This document shows, piece after piece, positions 31,401 to 46,400 of a stretch of 64,000 bases of DNA (positions are counted from its first letter, which is position 1; every line of letters starts with the position of its first letter). The notes beneath the pieces are model-generated. The model was not told the origin of the DNA, did no database searches, and worked only from the letters and a program-made list of their open reading frames with translations. The position numbers and the translations under genes were made by a program. The stretch spans positions 248,001 through 312,000 of the forward strand of contig JBEUKZ010000060.1 in NCBI GenBank assembly GCA_048128005.1, given 5' to 3'. The DNA is from Veleropilina oligotropha (taxonomy: Eukaryota).

Positions 31401-34400
31401 GGCACGCAGGAGCCGACCTCCTCCACCCGCCGAAGGCTCGACGCTGTTGCGTCACTTCGCGGGGTGCTTGGCTTGTCGGAACCGACTCGGTCGGCTGTAG
31501 ACGTAGCCAAGCATAGGACGGCAGCACATCGGTTTGTTGCGAGGGAAGCCCCCGAGCTCCCCTCCTTACCTCAGTCCGGGCTGGTGGATCTTGTTGTAGA
31601 CTCGATCACCAAGCTCGTTCAGGGGCGCAATCCGGTGGAGTCCTCCCCGCTGAACGAGTTCCCTTCGGGGTTCCGTAGTGGGAGGTACCTCAGGGCCAGT
31701 ACTCGAGCGATCCCGTTCGAATGCACTGGCCCGTGCCTGGCGACTGAGCCGGCTCGTGTTGACGCTTCGTTGCGTCGACTGACCGCCAGTCACCCTCCCT
31801 CCGTAGCGAAAGTTCCTTGGTCCGCCTTGGAAGCTTTCGAGAGCTCCGCCCGACGGGCTCTGCGGCTATCGTCCGTTCAGGATTTTTTCCTAGACGGGGC
31901 GATAGCCGTATTACAGGAGAATGGACCCGGCGCCACCGAGGCTGCCCTGTCCTTCCTCCAGGAGGTTGCTGCCGCGCAGGAGACCAGCGCGTTGGAGACG
32001 GGACGTGTCCTGGGCAATGCCCTCCTACTTCGTAGGGATGCTTGCCTGGAAGGTACCTCGCTGGACGAGCCCACCCGGCGCTCGTTGCGATGCGTACCTT
32101 GCTCGGCCACCACTCTCTTTGGTGACAACTTCACGGAGTTTGTTGACAAGAGAGCGGCGGACATTAAGGACCGTGCCATCGAGAAGGCAGTACTGCTCCC
32201 CACCCGGGGTCCACCTGCCAACTCGAAGAAGCGCTCCGGGCCCACCCCGGCCCCGAAGCCCTCTTCGGGTGGTAGGCCTCCGGCCAATAAACCCACTCCA
32301 AAGAGGCGAGCACCTCCAGCGAAATCCCGCAAGCAGAGCGGGATAGGGAAGCCTCGGCCCTAGGGCTGCCGGCATTCGCGACGGCCCCAGTTGCCCGCTC
32401 CCGCCGGTGGGAGCGTGCCTGTTAGCACACAGCCAGCCCTGGCTAGAGCTGACAGACAGCAACTGGGTCCACTTAGTCGTGAGTGCCGGATACAAGTTGG
32501 CATTCAACCGGCATCCGACCTTAACCGAGGCACCACCAACAAGACACGCTCGACTCCTAAACGGAGAGAAACAAGCGGTCTTAGACCAGGCAGTGCGGGA
32601 TTTGCTCCTAAAAAGAGCGATATATCCCGCGCCGCCCAGCACACCAGGATTTTACAGCCATTTCTTCCTGGTCCCGAAACCCGATGGCCGCTGGAGACCG
32701 ATCCTCGATCTCTCGTACTTAAACCTATATCTTCGTACCGAGAAATTCCAGCAAGAAACCCTCTCGAAGATTCGAGCGGCCATCCGTCCGGGCGACTGGG
32801 CAGCGTCTATCGATCTCGCCGACGCGTATCTGCATGTCCCGATGCATATCACGGCTCATCAGTACCTTCGGTTTATACACGGGGAGACGATCTACCAATT
32901 CAGGTGCCTACCGTTCGGTCTATCGTCAGCCCCGTACGTCTTCACGAGAACAGTACAGGCCCTGGGGGCCTTCCTACACTCTCTAGGGCACAGGGTACAT
33001 ATGTACCTCGACGACTGGCTGATCCTCGGGGCGTCCCGAGATCTGTGCCTCCGGTCTACGAGCTTTACCCTGTCATCGACGAAGCGCCTGGGATTTCAGA
33101 TCAACGAGACAAAATCCTGCTTCGTGCCCTCGACGACGTTTACGTTCCTCGGAGTCGACTTCGATACGGTCCGGTACACCGCGAAGCCGACCCAGAAGCG
33201 TATGCGGAACCTACGCGCGGTTATCCAAGACACCCTGTCATCGGACATAACTACGGCGCGACAACTGGCCACTGTCCTGGGGCACATCGAGTCGGTAGCG
33301 CCCCTGCTACCGACGGGTCGCATGGACAAAAGACCGTTACAACAGGCTTTCAGGGATCGCTGGATACAACGGACGGGGCAGTGGAAGGATCGCATCGATC
33401 TACGGCATTGGTTTACCGACACGACAGCAGTGTGGTTGAACCCCGCTTTGCCGGACCAGTCGGTTCCTATATCCCCACCAGAGCCGAACGCTTACCTGTT
33501 CACAGACGCTTCGAACGACGGCTGGGGTGGTCACCTCGACAGTTACGAGACATCAGGCCTATGGCCGACAGACCTTCAGGGACGACATATCAACTTCCTA
33601 GAGTTAGAAGCCGTCTACCTGTCAGTACGGTCCCTCTCGTCACATCTCCGCAACAAGCATATAATGCTCGCCACGGACAACACGACTGTCGTCGCTTACA
33701 TACAGCACCAGGGCGGTACACGCTCGCGTCCCCTATGCGACCGAGCAATAGACCTACACCGCTTAGTGATGTCCCTCAACTCGACGATTCGAGCCCGACA
33801 CATCCCGGGAAAGCTGAATGTCAGAGCGGATTCGCTCTCTCGGAGATCACAGATTATACACACAGAATGGACGCTACACAGCCGAGTAGCTCGGGAGGTT
33901 TGCCGCCGGTGGTCGCAACCCCAAGTCGACTTGTTTGCAACAGAATTCAATTACCGACTACCTCTGTATGTCTCCCCGTACCCAGACCCGGCCGCCCTGG
34001 CGGTCGACGCAATGTCAATGACATGGGAGAATCTGTCCGCGTATGCCTTCCCCCCGACGTGCATTCTATCACTGGTATTACAGAAGGCAGCGACCGAACG
34101 TTGCGAGATAACGCTAATAGCGCCCCTGTATCGCACGCAACCTTGGTTTCCGACCCTCCTCGATCTGATCGTCGATCGACCGTTAGCGTTACCGCAGAAA
34201 CTAGACCTGTTAATGCAACCACGCACCCGTGTACTCCACGAGTCGCCGAACCACTTACGTTTACACGCCTGGCGGTTATCGAACGATCCCTTGCTAAGAA
34301 AGGATTTTCTAAAGCTACAGCCTTACGTATCTACCGATCGAGAAGGATTTCCACTACAAAAGTCTATGACTACCGATGGGTTAAGTACGTGGATTGGTGT

Positions 34401-37400
34401 CACAGCAGGCAGATCAATATACTCCGTCCCCCTGTGAACAAGTTTATCGAGTTTTTATCGTCGCTCTTCGACCGCGGTATGTCAGTGTCCGCCGTCAAAG
34501 GCTATCGGGCAACGATCGCGACCACGCTAAAGCAGTGTCGTGCCCATGCTGGCCTATCAAGCGACCGAACGATATCAGATTTTATACGATCTTATGAACT
34601 CGAGATACCGACCCGAAGAATTAAGCCACCTGCTTGGAATATCGTACTTATTCTTAACGCATTACTCTTACCCCCGTATGAGCCGATGTCCGAGATAACC
34701 ATGAGGAACTTGACACACAAAACAGTTTTTCTGATCGCCTTAGCGTCGGGCAGGCGTTGTTCCGAGATTCATGCTTTCTCCTCCGAGCTAAGAGACATAC
34801 GATTCCAGTCAGACGGGTCGGTGATACTACGTCCCATTCTGGGCTTCTTAGCCAAGAACCAGCGGCCGAACGAGGACGCACCCGATGTTGTTATTCCCAA
34901 GCTAACGCTAGTCGGAAGGCGCGACGCAGACCGCTTCAATTGCCCGGTCCGGGCGCTTCGATTCTACCTAGACAGAACCCGTGAGTTGCGACAGGGAAAA
35001 TTACGTTTATTCATTTCGTATTTGCCCACCTACACCCGCGACATTACGAGGACTACTGTTTCGCGGTGGATTTCACAAACTGTGAGAGATGTTTACATCC
35101 GTTGTGATGACGACGACCGAACTATTTTATCGGTCCGCGCACATGAGGTCCGGGCCATTGCAGCGTCTGTAGCCTTCCGACATAATTTAAATATCAATGC
35201 GTTACTACAGGCCGGATATTGGAAAAACGCTAACGTGTTTGTCAAACATTATCTGCGCGACTACTCAACCGGGGCTGATGGCCTAAGCAGTTTACACTGT
35301 GTTGCTGCACAACGGGTTATTGTTAGACCGAGGTCTTCTAATCAGTAAGTATTGTTCTCTGATTGCTCATTTGCATATTTACTGACGCCATTTTATTTTC
35401 GTTGGCCAAACGGTGCTATGTAATTAACACCTATGGGGCAGTTCAATGTCTGTTCATTTCTTAAATCTAATTTAAGATTTTGTACTTCTCATGTCAGACT
35501 GAGTGTTGACATAAGCCAGATCACATTGAATTTAATAAAACAACTTTGATAATTTTGCACAAATCTTAAAAAGATTAGGGTTCAATATTATTATGTTCTT
35601 TGCTGTTATCGAACATACGATGTTCAATACATTTAAAATGTTGATTCCTTAACATTTATTTTTTAAGTAACATGTCGAACATTTTTGCTTCCTTAAAATT
35701 TATTTTAAGTGACATGTCGTCCATGTTAGCGTTCGCAAGTTGGTCATGCGATCTACTTATTAATATCGATTATTATATAATCTATTAATTCTTTGCTTTT
35801 GATTTTAAAGCTTTCACAACCTGTTAGGTTCCGTGTGCTTACAAATCCGACTGCATCCTCTGGCTACCGGCCTATAGGCCCGGAGTCCCATTTGGCTGCC
35901 ACTGGTCCATGACACGTAAGACCTACAGGGATTTATCCTTCCGGCCGTGCCAGGGGCTGATTGCACTTCCGTTCACCTCGTCCGACTAACACCACGGCGT
36001 ATCCTCCCGGTAACACTGGTCGAAATTCTCGCCTGGTAAGAGTAGAATATAATACTCAGTAAAAATTCCACTCTAGGCGGACACACTCGACGCTTCATGC
36101 TGATCGAATTGGTGAAAAGTAAGTCATTATCTTGTTTGGGTTTGTTGTAAGGAACGTCTTACCCACCTATCCAAGGTTATTCTGGCAAGAGTAAGGACGT
36201 AAGTATGTTTGTAACTATATATGAGGTTTTAATGTAAACCTAATATTAGTATAAAACATACTTACGTCCTTACACGATTACCCACCCTGCGTTTCGCATT
36301 CCTCCCCTCTACTACGTTCCTTTGTGGTTTTTGAACTTTGAATTGATGTCATGTGACTTCTATTGTTCAGAAGTCTCACGAGACTTGGCGAAGTCTCGCT
36401 AGGGAACGTGGGGGGTAGGAGCAGGGGAGGTAACCGTGTGCTTTTTTGGCTTGTTAACGGTGCATTATGGGACATATTCACCATTTCCGGTTTGGGCGAT
36501 AATATACTATTATGGCAAGAGTAAGGACGTAAGTATGTTTTATACTAATATTAGGTTTACATTAAAACCTCATTTTGCGAACATTGTTATTCACCAAGTT
36601 ATGTTTTTTCTTAAAATTTTGCCAGAGCTCAGGTGGCGGTGTTTTGTTTTTGTCCTGACAAAATTCAAATACCCGGCGAATCCAAAGACAAATTCGAGAT
36701 TGCTTATTGCTATTTTACAATGCTAGTGCAGGATGTTGGGCTTCCCATGACAATGTTGAATGTGATCACTCTGATGATAGACATTGACAATCGCAGACGT
36801 GCACTCAGATTGCACAATATAATATCACTGCATTTCCAATTGAATAATCAATTAAAAATATATAAATTTATGTGCATTCAATTTCTGTGCAAAGAAAATT
36901 ACATTGTTTATTATTACATGACCTGCATGGTATTTTTGCTCATTCTCATTGGCTAAAAGTCGATCACGTGACATTGGTTATGACGCTATGTTCGTGTTGT
37001 GTCAGATCAATATAACAAATGCGATGACCTGTTTTATTCTGATTGGCCAGAAGACTGTCACGTGATCACTCGCCAGGTCAATATAATGAATCCGTTGACT
37101 TGTTTCACTTCCATTGGCTAAAAAGTGGATCCGTTGATTTGTTCTGATCTTATTATCTTGAAGGGCATATTCTTTAATGCGGCCTGTTTAATTATGGACA
37201 TGTGTACAGTAAACAGGAGGGGAATGGTGATTAATTGATGTCATAACAATATAATTATTGACTGTTATTTCGGTGAATATAATGATTTATCCACCTCGGA
37301 AAGTGATATTCTTTGGTGGATAAATCATTATATTCACCGAAAAAACAGTCATTGACTCAATAATTGTATAATGTTGTTTATCATATTATTTATTATTCAT

Positions 37401-40400
37401 GTCATTGAATGAATTGTTGCCAAAATCATGTTGAACGTGCTGATCAGATTACCAATGACATGATTGGTACAGTTAATATTTTGATGGTTGACCATTAATT
37501 CAATCACAGAATTTTCCTTTATGAGCAGATATTTGGGACAGTGTGGATGTAACAATGTCTCATTATCAATGCAAAGAGTGGTGAATATTTGCCTGTTTAT
37601 TATAAATCATATTCAAAGAATACTTTTACAATAATACTGTGTTCTTAACACTATTGTAATATGCACTATTTTATATTGAAAGGTAAATAAATATGTATCT
37701 ATCTAAAAACAAAATTCTTAATATTTAGGTTTCAGTTCATCATGATTTTGAAATTTTATGTATTTTTATATTAAATTACATGTTTAACGTTTAATGAAAG
37801 ATCCAAAGGAGAAAATGGGCAATATCGATCTTCATTTGATTGGTTTTGAAAGATGGGTAACAGGATTTTAGCCATATTAATTTTAAGCTAGTAGTGTCAA
37901 AATTTAACCTAAATCCTACTACTGCCCACGTAATTTTTTTCCAATGCTCTATTAATTGAGGTATCGAGTACAGTTTGTCATAACTGTTGCATAAATGATG
38001 TATGATGGCGACATTTATTCGGATGACTCCTGTGTATAAATAATCATGTGGGACATGAAAATATCACACAAAGTAATGGTACTCCTTGTGTAAAATGCAT
38101 TGTCTTTCAATGATTATATCTATATACTAGTATACTAGTATGTGTGTACTTGGTGTGTTATAACGTACGATTCATTTCGCAGGTCCCAGAATCCACAAGC
38201 TGGCCCTGGTGGTCCTCCGTAAGTACGATGATGGTTCGAGCACTGCCTGTGCATGCGTGTTGGGTGTATGCATGCCACTTCATACATGTTACAATAAATA
38301 TAATGATCATAGACATGTTTGCTAACTAGTAGAGCACATTTATTTTCAGTTGAGTTTTGGTTAATATTAATAATATGTAGAAAGAATCTTAGATGGTGGT
38401 TGTAGATTTGTTGTTGTTTTTCATTGAATGTATTATTATTTTGATGAAGATTGATTGCATTTTTATCGTTGTGTGATGATTTAATTTATGTGATATATGA
38501 AACGATATGAAGCATTGTCCTATAGTAATCGTGCATGCTAAGAGTGCACCAGTAGATTTGTCTGGTAGTGTGTAATTGTTTTTTCTGCATATTTGTTGTA
38601 TTATATAATGTATCTTCAACATAACATATGGTACCTAAAATTTATGCAGTTGTAGCTAATAGATTTCTGAAATTAACGTAGGTTAATTATTTTATTTATA
38701 AATATTAAATGTGAAATTAGCATTGCAGCAATTGAACATGCATGATTATCATCACAGCCGGTTTATATAATGTAGATATAATAAACAACAGGAACATGAT
38801 ATTATAATGATTTTATAATATGCAAGCTAGGTTGCAGAATGACTAAATGTGGCAAAATAACCTGGTATTATCATTTATGACGATCACATTGTCACTTTTT
38901 GTTTTGAACTACATAATATATCTTCTTTAGAGCTATTATGTTGTTTGTGGTCTTGTCATATTATTTTATCCTTTCCTTCTTGTCGCTTTGTCAAAGCCAC
39001 CTCGCTGACCATATACACGATAATGTGACTATTGTTCAGTTATGTGCTCAAAGAAAGAAAACAGTTTGTGCAGTTCTTTAGTGATACATCTTTTATTATA
39101 TGCTGTCACAAATTAAACATTCAGTTATGTCACGTTGGTTGTTGTCATGATATTGTAATAATGTCGTACAATTTACAGTTATTATATAGCCAAATGATAG
39201 CAGTAGTTTCTGTACAGTATTATAATTATTCTGAAACAATGAAAATGTCTGTATATTTTGTTTTTCACATCTCCCTATCTACCATACTCCTTGGTGAATT
39301 GGTAAAGCCTTGTTCCAATTTTTCTTGTATTAATTATGTCCACAAACATAGTTTAGGGTGGGCATATAGGTGTCAGCTCGTCTGTCTGTCAGCCGGCCTG
39401 TTGCCAATTCCCTTCCGCTCTCCTATACTATTTGACCGAGGGACACGAAACTTGATGTGTGCATGCATCGATCATAACCCAAAGGTCTGTCACGTACCGA
39501 AAATACGTCACCGCTACCAACTTTTCATGCTTGACTGCATTTAATACAAAATTCCCTTCCGCTCCATATCTCCCATACTATTTCACCGAGGGACATGAAA
39601 CTTGTTGTGTGTATGCGTCATAACCCAAAGGTGTGTCACGTACCAAAAGTAGGTCACCGTGACGTACTTTTCACACTTGACCACATTTGGTCCAAAATTC
39701 CCTTCCGCTCCATATCCAGATTTATATAGCGCAAGATCAGGAAAAGGATTCTAGCACTTTGCGCTTTCGTGGGGGCATGTGATCACTCCCGTGACAGCTC
39801 TAGTTGTGCTGAATGACAGGAGTGGGTTTGAATTGTTGGATCAATGGCTTTGTGGAGTTGAATGTCACTTAATCCATTTTGACCTACGTTTCCATTGTAT
39901 TAACTGTAGAATATTTTTCACGAATCCACTGCTACAAAATCATTGTGTCTGCTTGAAATACCAATTAAACAAGCGTTATGTGCATTAATTCCATGCTATG
40001 GACGATTCCATTCCAGAAAATGAGGAAAGCATGTTTAACGCACTATATAATCCAAAGCGGTACATTTATCTGCGGACGAGTCCATTCTAGTACACTTGGA
40101 CACTGAAAAGAAAATATTAATTATTTTAACGCGTAGACAACATTTTTGCACTGACAACAAACTTCAAGCACATTAAATTCGTTACCCAAATGAAGAAAAT
40201 GTAATAAACGTTTAACGTTCAGAAGAATCTGGCAATACAGTTGAATACTCCATATAATGCTGTTGTTCATATGAACGATGTTCCATTGCTTTACTTTGAA
40301 ACGAACACCGAGAGCTATTTAAATATTATATCACAGAAATGTCGTTAAAATACAACATATATTTGCAATATTATACTATACCTGATGCTCTCTGCAGAGG

Positions 40401-43400
40401 TAAATCCCACGTGTGCTCTGGTCAAAAATCTGAAGCCAAGTGACCGTGCTTTGAAATCTACATCATGACGACGCAAAAATATGTCGCCTTGCATGCCGGT
40501 ATAATTGCACTTAACGAGCACATTAAACGTCTATTCATAACCATGATTAAGCGGCGCCTTCAACTAATTAGGAATGGGATCCGACAGGAGTTTTGGGAGA
40601 GTAAACCCCAATTCGTACAAAATTTCTATCGTATTGCTTTTAAATTGGCGATTTCATGTATATAATAATGTTTAAAATATAACAAATAGCTAATATTGTC
40701 AAAATGGATTAAGTAAGTTAACCCACATGGGACTGTTGATTCTTGAAAAATAATGCACTCGGGCCTGTCGGCCCTCGTGCATTATTTTTCAAGAATCAAC
40801 AGTCCCATGTGGGTTAACCTATACATAATTATCTGTCAGGGCTAGAAATCAAATTTAAAACCACGGGTCCAATGGACAATAAACACTTGTCAAATTTAAA
40901 ATGTATTGGTCATAAAATAATTATCAATAACCTACCTATATTATATTATAATATAGGCTGTAATAATATCTTTGCAATGAACTAATGTGTGTGATAACAA
41001 TTAATAGTAAGCGGGTATTGTAAAAATCAATGGTCCACTGGACCACCATGCGTTATAAAAATGACTGGTTTTCTGAAACTTTTACTGGATTGAGACCAAT
41101 AAAAACCATGTATATTTCGAGCCCTGACTGTAATTCCAAAGAGAGTACAATTATATTACGTAATATCATTTTTTCTGAGTATGTCAAAAGATGTAATTAA
41201 GTACAATAAAAACAAACTATTTATAAATATATAAATTTGCTATTATCATGCATAGACATGACATTATGCAACCAGTACAGCAGTAGATCTGTGCTTATTG
41301 CGTTCATGAAAGCTGTTCAAGTTAATCACATTGAACGTACAGATTTCAGTCCAATGTGCCAGATAGCATTCTAATCTTGTATTGTTGGCAAGATTTATCG
41401 ACACAACTACATGTGATAATCACTATGAGTTATTTTGTATTCGAATTTCCCGTACTCAGCATATACCACTGGTTTCCCGCTTCAGGTCTGGTGTTCCAGG
41501 AGGGCCCGGCGCGCCGCCGGTTCAGCAGAGCAAGCGGCTGCAGCAGACGCAGGCCCAGGTCGACGAGGTCAGAGAGCAAGCAATAACTACAGATCATAAT
41601 AACAGTGCTAATGTGTATTTAAAATGAAATGCAAGAGCTCTTTAAATTAGTTGTTTTATAGTTTTGAAGCAAAATAGATCTCAATTTTAAGTGTACTTAA
41701 AATTACTTCATTTTCATCCTTTTATTGCTTGTGGAAATGCCATTTTTTTATAAACAAGATGTGCAGACAGATGAATTATGGTTGATTTGGATAATTTGAT
41801 GAAGGTGATAACAATAATGTGATAACAATAATGTGATAACAATAATGTGATAACAATAAAGTGATCTAGACAGAATTACTGTACTTAAAAGTGTGTACCA
41901 GTCATGCCAGTAGATTGTTATAGATGTTCTTCATCTGTACCTGTTTGCATATTCTATTGATATGAAGTTCCACTAAATACATGAAATATAGTTCAGTTTG
42001 GGACAGCTCAGAAGACAATTGCAATGATGAAAGTTTCCTTATTCTCTCTTAAAACAATGTTGTAGGTGGTGGACATTATGCGGGTGAATGTAGACAAGGT
42101 GTTGGAGAGAGATTCCAAAATCTCTGAACTTGACGACCGAGCAGGTAGGCATTGTGTCAGTCGCCGCTGATTTACAGTTTCTGCTATACATTTTAGTCCC
42201 AGTCTAATGAAATTGTGGATCATTCATGATACAGAGTAGATCAACTCGTCATCTGCATCCTAGGGTGGTTTGTCGTGAAGACTACGTCTGATGGGTCTGT
42301 GATGTCGGAATTTCCTGAAGACTATATGGTCACTGGTGCTGCACATGTTATTTGCGATAAACGGGTTTGCAAGTAGCATGTAAACTGTATTATGTAATAA
42401 ATACTAACCTGCTACGCTGGGCGATATCGTCGTTAATGGCTCGAGCGAAGCAAGAGACATTATGACCGATATCGCACTGGAGTGGCAGGTTACTATTTGT
42501 CATACATGCCATGAAAATCAATTGTAAATGGCAAGCTGTAACCCCTTAAAAATGTAATTGCCCATGATAATGGGCCATGCGCATGATTATCAATACAGTG
42601 GACTCTTCCATTCACACCTTTTGTCCATTGTTCAGCCCAAGAGGTAGGCCCCACTCGAGGGAATCTCATTGTTTGGGTGATTACCCTGAACAAGGAGGTT
42701 CCTTGCTCTCCCAGTCCTATTGTTCTGATATCGAGCCCACGGTATGTATTAACAAGCTACACGGTTAATACAGGATTATAAATTTGGTGCCTGGTAGAGA
42801 CGAGAATTAGTATGACGTCAATTGAATAAATAAGTGGTTTCTTCGTCCTTTCCAAACCCAGGAGAGCTGGTATTAAAGGTTATTTACTGGTCTGCTAGTT
42901 GAATGTAGACTGTATTGCAGTATGGTTTCATCAGACCAACTGTTATTTCAGAAGGCCACTTCGACAGTCGTGGTTTCGATTGTGGACTCCGAAAAATCAC
43001 TGGTTTGATTCTGCTGACACGAACAGTAGTGGGTTCGAACCTCGGTTGAGACATGACTATTTGTTTAAGTTATAAGTCGCAGTTGTCCATAACGGGCCAG
43101 AGAGACCGGGCTTTCCTCCCGCGATAATATTGACATGTCCTGCTTTGGACCTAATGATGGTCGGAAATATACAGGACATTAAGCATCGATCATATCCGTC
43201 CTTGTTATTTCAGATGCCCTGCAGGCAGGCGCATCACAGTTCGAAGCCAGTGCTGGCAAACTTAAGCGAAAATTTTGGTGGAAGAATTGCAAGGTATGAT
43301 AATTAATAAGCTGCAAAATTTAACTATTTTATATTAATCAGTGCTGGAATTTGTACAAAATGCAATACATGAGTTTGTCTTGTCATCTGGTATATTCTCT

Positions 43401-46400
43401 TCGAAGCCTTTTGGAAGGAGGTCACACCGGTAGCTGATTGGATAAGATCGCAGACTCTGAAATAACTTGCCTGATCACTTTTCTAAACATGCGTCACTGA
43501 GTAGGTTCTACTTCTCGGCGGGTAACTCACTCATTGTTCAGATAACAGTAATAGTTTTCCATAACTGGTTGGGTTTTTCTTCCGCGATAATATGGACCTG
43601 TCCTGGTATGAACCGGAAAGTTGTTAGAAATGGGATATTAAGCCTTGATCCAAACCAAACCGCATGGAGGGAGGACAAGATGTCGCACTCCACCTCGAGC
43701 AAAATATTGATCAAGGAATGAATCCTGGCACATCGACATTAATTTTGTGGGAGATTGGAAAATAAAGAGCTGAATCAGATTCTTAAAACAATATTAAGAG
43801 TTTGTGGACGCATATTTTGTTTGCTGTTGTTGGACAGACATGTATACATATATAAATCAATAGTATGAAAGCCGAGAATTGCAATTGTGATCTCTTCATT
43901 TCAATTTTGTGTGCGCTGTTTTAGATGATGTTAATTCTCGGAGGCATAATTGGTACCATTATAATCATAATTATTGGTGAGTGCTGATCATACGATTGGT
44001 CAGTCAGCCCAGTGGTCACTGGTCAGTCTTATGATCTTTATCGGTGTTGTGCGCACTAGGAAAATGATCCAAATCTGTAAGCAATGTGATACAAGTCTTA
44101 TCCTGTAGCGAGGAAGGAAGCAGAATTCGAACTCTCATTTTTTGGATCATTTACTTTATGTCTATATATTGTATTTTAGTGTGTATGATCTCAATTATGT
44201 TGCAATATTTTGTTGGATATTTAAGTTGACCAGTAGTCATTTAAAGATCTTGTCTCTAATAAATAAACAAGCTGAAAATGTATACAGAATGTATAATTTA
44301 TCTACAAAATGTATAGCATACTTTAATCATTGGAATGAGCATCGTCACTCAGGAATTAGTTATAACATTGAGATTTCAATTGCGACATTGGTCTAGTTTG
44401 CATAACACATTGCTAAATTGCATTAAAATACTAAACCCATGTCACAATCCTGCACCTTTCATACTTACTTATCCGCCAAAGCATATTTAACGTTATCCTG
44501 GGGCAGCGAGTTTGATACGTATGTTTATCCTGTGAGCTTTGATAATATATATGATATTGTCATAGCGAACAGGATAAACGTACGTATCAAACGAGATGCC
44601 GCAGGGTAACATTTTTATTTCCATTTTATTTTTAAAAATATCTAATCTTTATATGCCTGAGAATGCTGAACAATGACTAAGCAATGAATAACGTCATGTT
44701 AAATTGCACCTTACGGGTTATTCTAAGCGTAAAATAAACTGGATATTTGAAAAGCTGAGGAATAGTTTAGTCATATACATTAATGTATATGATAGAATCC
44801 CATTATAATCATAATTATTGGTGAGTGCTGATCATACGATTGGTCAGTCAGCCCAGTGGTCACTGGTCAGTCTTATGATCTTTATCGGTGTTGTGCGCAC
44901 TAGGAAAATGATCCAAATCTGTAAGCAATGTGATACAAGTCTTATCCTGTAGCGAGGAAGGCAGCAGAATTCGAAGCATATTTAACTTTATCCTGGGGCA
45001 GCGAGTTTGATATGTACGTTTATCCTGTGAGCTTTGATAATATATATGATATTGTCATACCGAACAGGATAAACGTACGTATCAAACGAGATGCCGCAGG
45101 GTAACATTTTTATTTTCATTTTATTTTTAAAAATATCTAAACTTTATATGCCTGAGAATGCTGAACAATGACTAAGCAATGAATAACGTCATGTTAAATT
45201 GCACCTTACGGGTTATTCTAAGCGCAAAATAAACTGGATATTTGAAAAGCTGAGGAATAGTTTAGTCATATACATTAATGTATATGATAGAATCCCAAAG
45301 AAATATTTGAAAACATTTGATAATCTCCTGCAGAAGTGAATGATGTCTAGCAGACGTCTTGTGGTTTAATACGAAAACGTAGAGTTTGACATGAGTATTT
45401 GTCAAACTCCAGGTGACATCATTTTGACCAATAAGACATTGCATATTTCGCGACATGAAAATAAAAGTCTTTTCACCTTTCATATGTGACTGATAAAATC
45501 ATTAGCATGAAAATCTCATTGTAATATTGTGACATTGTTGTGTGTGTCATGGAATATCAGTGGAAATCACAATTTATTGCAACATTTAGCATTCTTTCCA
45601 TTTTGTTTCATTGATGAAACTGCATGATTTAGATTTGATGTTAGTTTTCAAACATGCACTTATGAGATTTCATATTTTATTTTTCATTAATTGGAACCGT
45701 GATATTTACCACTTGTCATGGGTTTCACCGGTAGCCTAGTGGACTCTATCCAGAGTCTATGCAGATTATGAATTCAATCTTGCCTGCCCTGTTTAAAAGT
45801 GTGTTGCCCGTAATTATCGCATAATGCCCTACAATGCCTAACTTACATATATGTGGATGTTATAAAACGTTTTGATGATTCAAAGTGAAAGAAGCTACAT
45901 TGTTTGCTGTTTTATAATTAAAATTTGTCACTGAAATCGCTGCCCGCTAGTGGAATAGTAGCATTCAACAGCAGCCATTTTGGTGGAAACCTGGTCATTT
46001 CAGCCAACACCGTTTCGTCGAATTTGTTTCATCAGGCTTCTCATCAAAACACGTAGACGTTTCGTTAAAAATGAAAAAATATTTATCTAAATTGCATGCG
46101 ACGTGACATAGTAAATTAGTAATGATGCATCATAATAGTACTTTCCACAATTCCCAAGTTAACTTTGGCAATGCCCAACTTGGCAAAATGTCTGTTACCG
46201 ATAATCAAGCCAACCGACCCGGTTTTATTCTTTTTCACTTTAATTCTAGAGAATTTTTGGGGAAAAAATGCAAAGTTTCTGACCTCGGCTAATTGACAAA
46301 AATACATTTGGGGTCTATATTTTAAAATTAAAAGTATTTTTCGCTACTTACGGCCACTTCAACTTTAATGTGGCCACTCTTTAATTTGTTCAGTTACCCC

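Larger units (their letters stand above)
29130..36573 (+). mobile_element. Complete DIRS1-type tyrosine-recombinase retrotransposon
   Basis: 207-bp ITRs (29143-29349 / 36334-36540), right extension 36541-36573, ICR 36183-36273, three long ORFs, and a CAT trinucleotide at both ends. Confidence 0.96.

Noticed and set aside
43020..43060. tRNA gene (B-box)
   Set aside because: No cloverleaf; the sequence is part of a dispersed SINE-like repeat.
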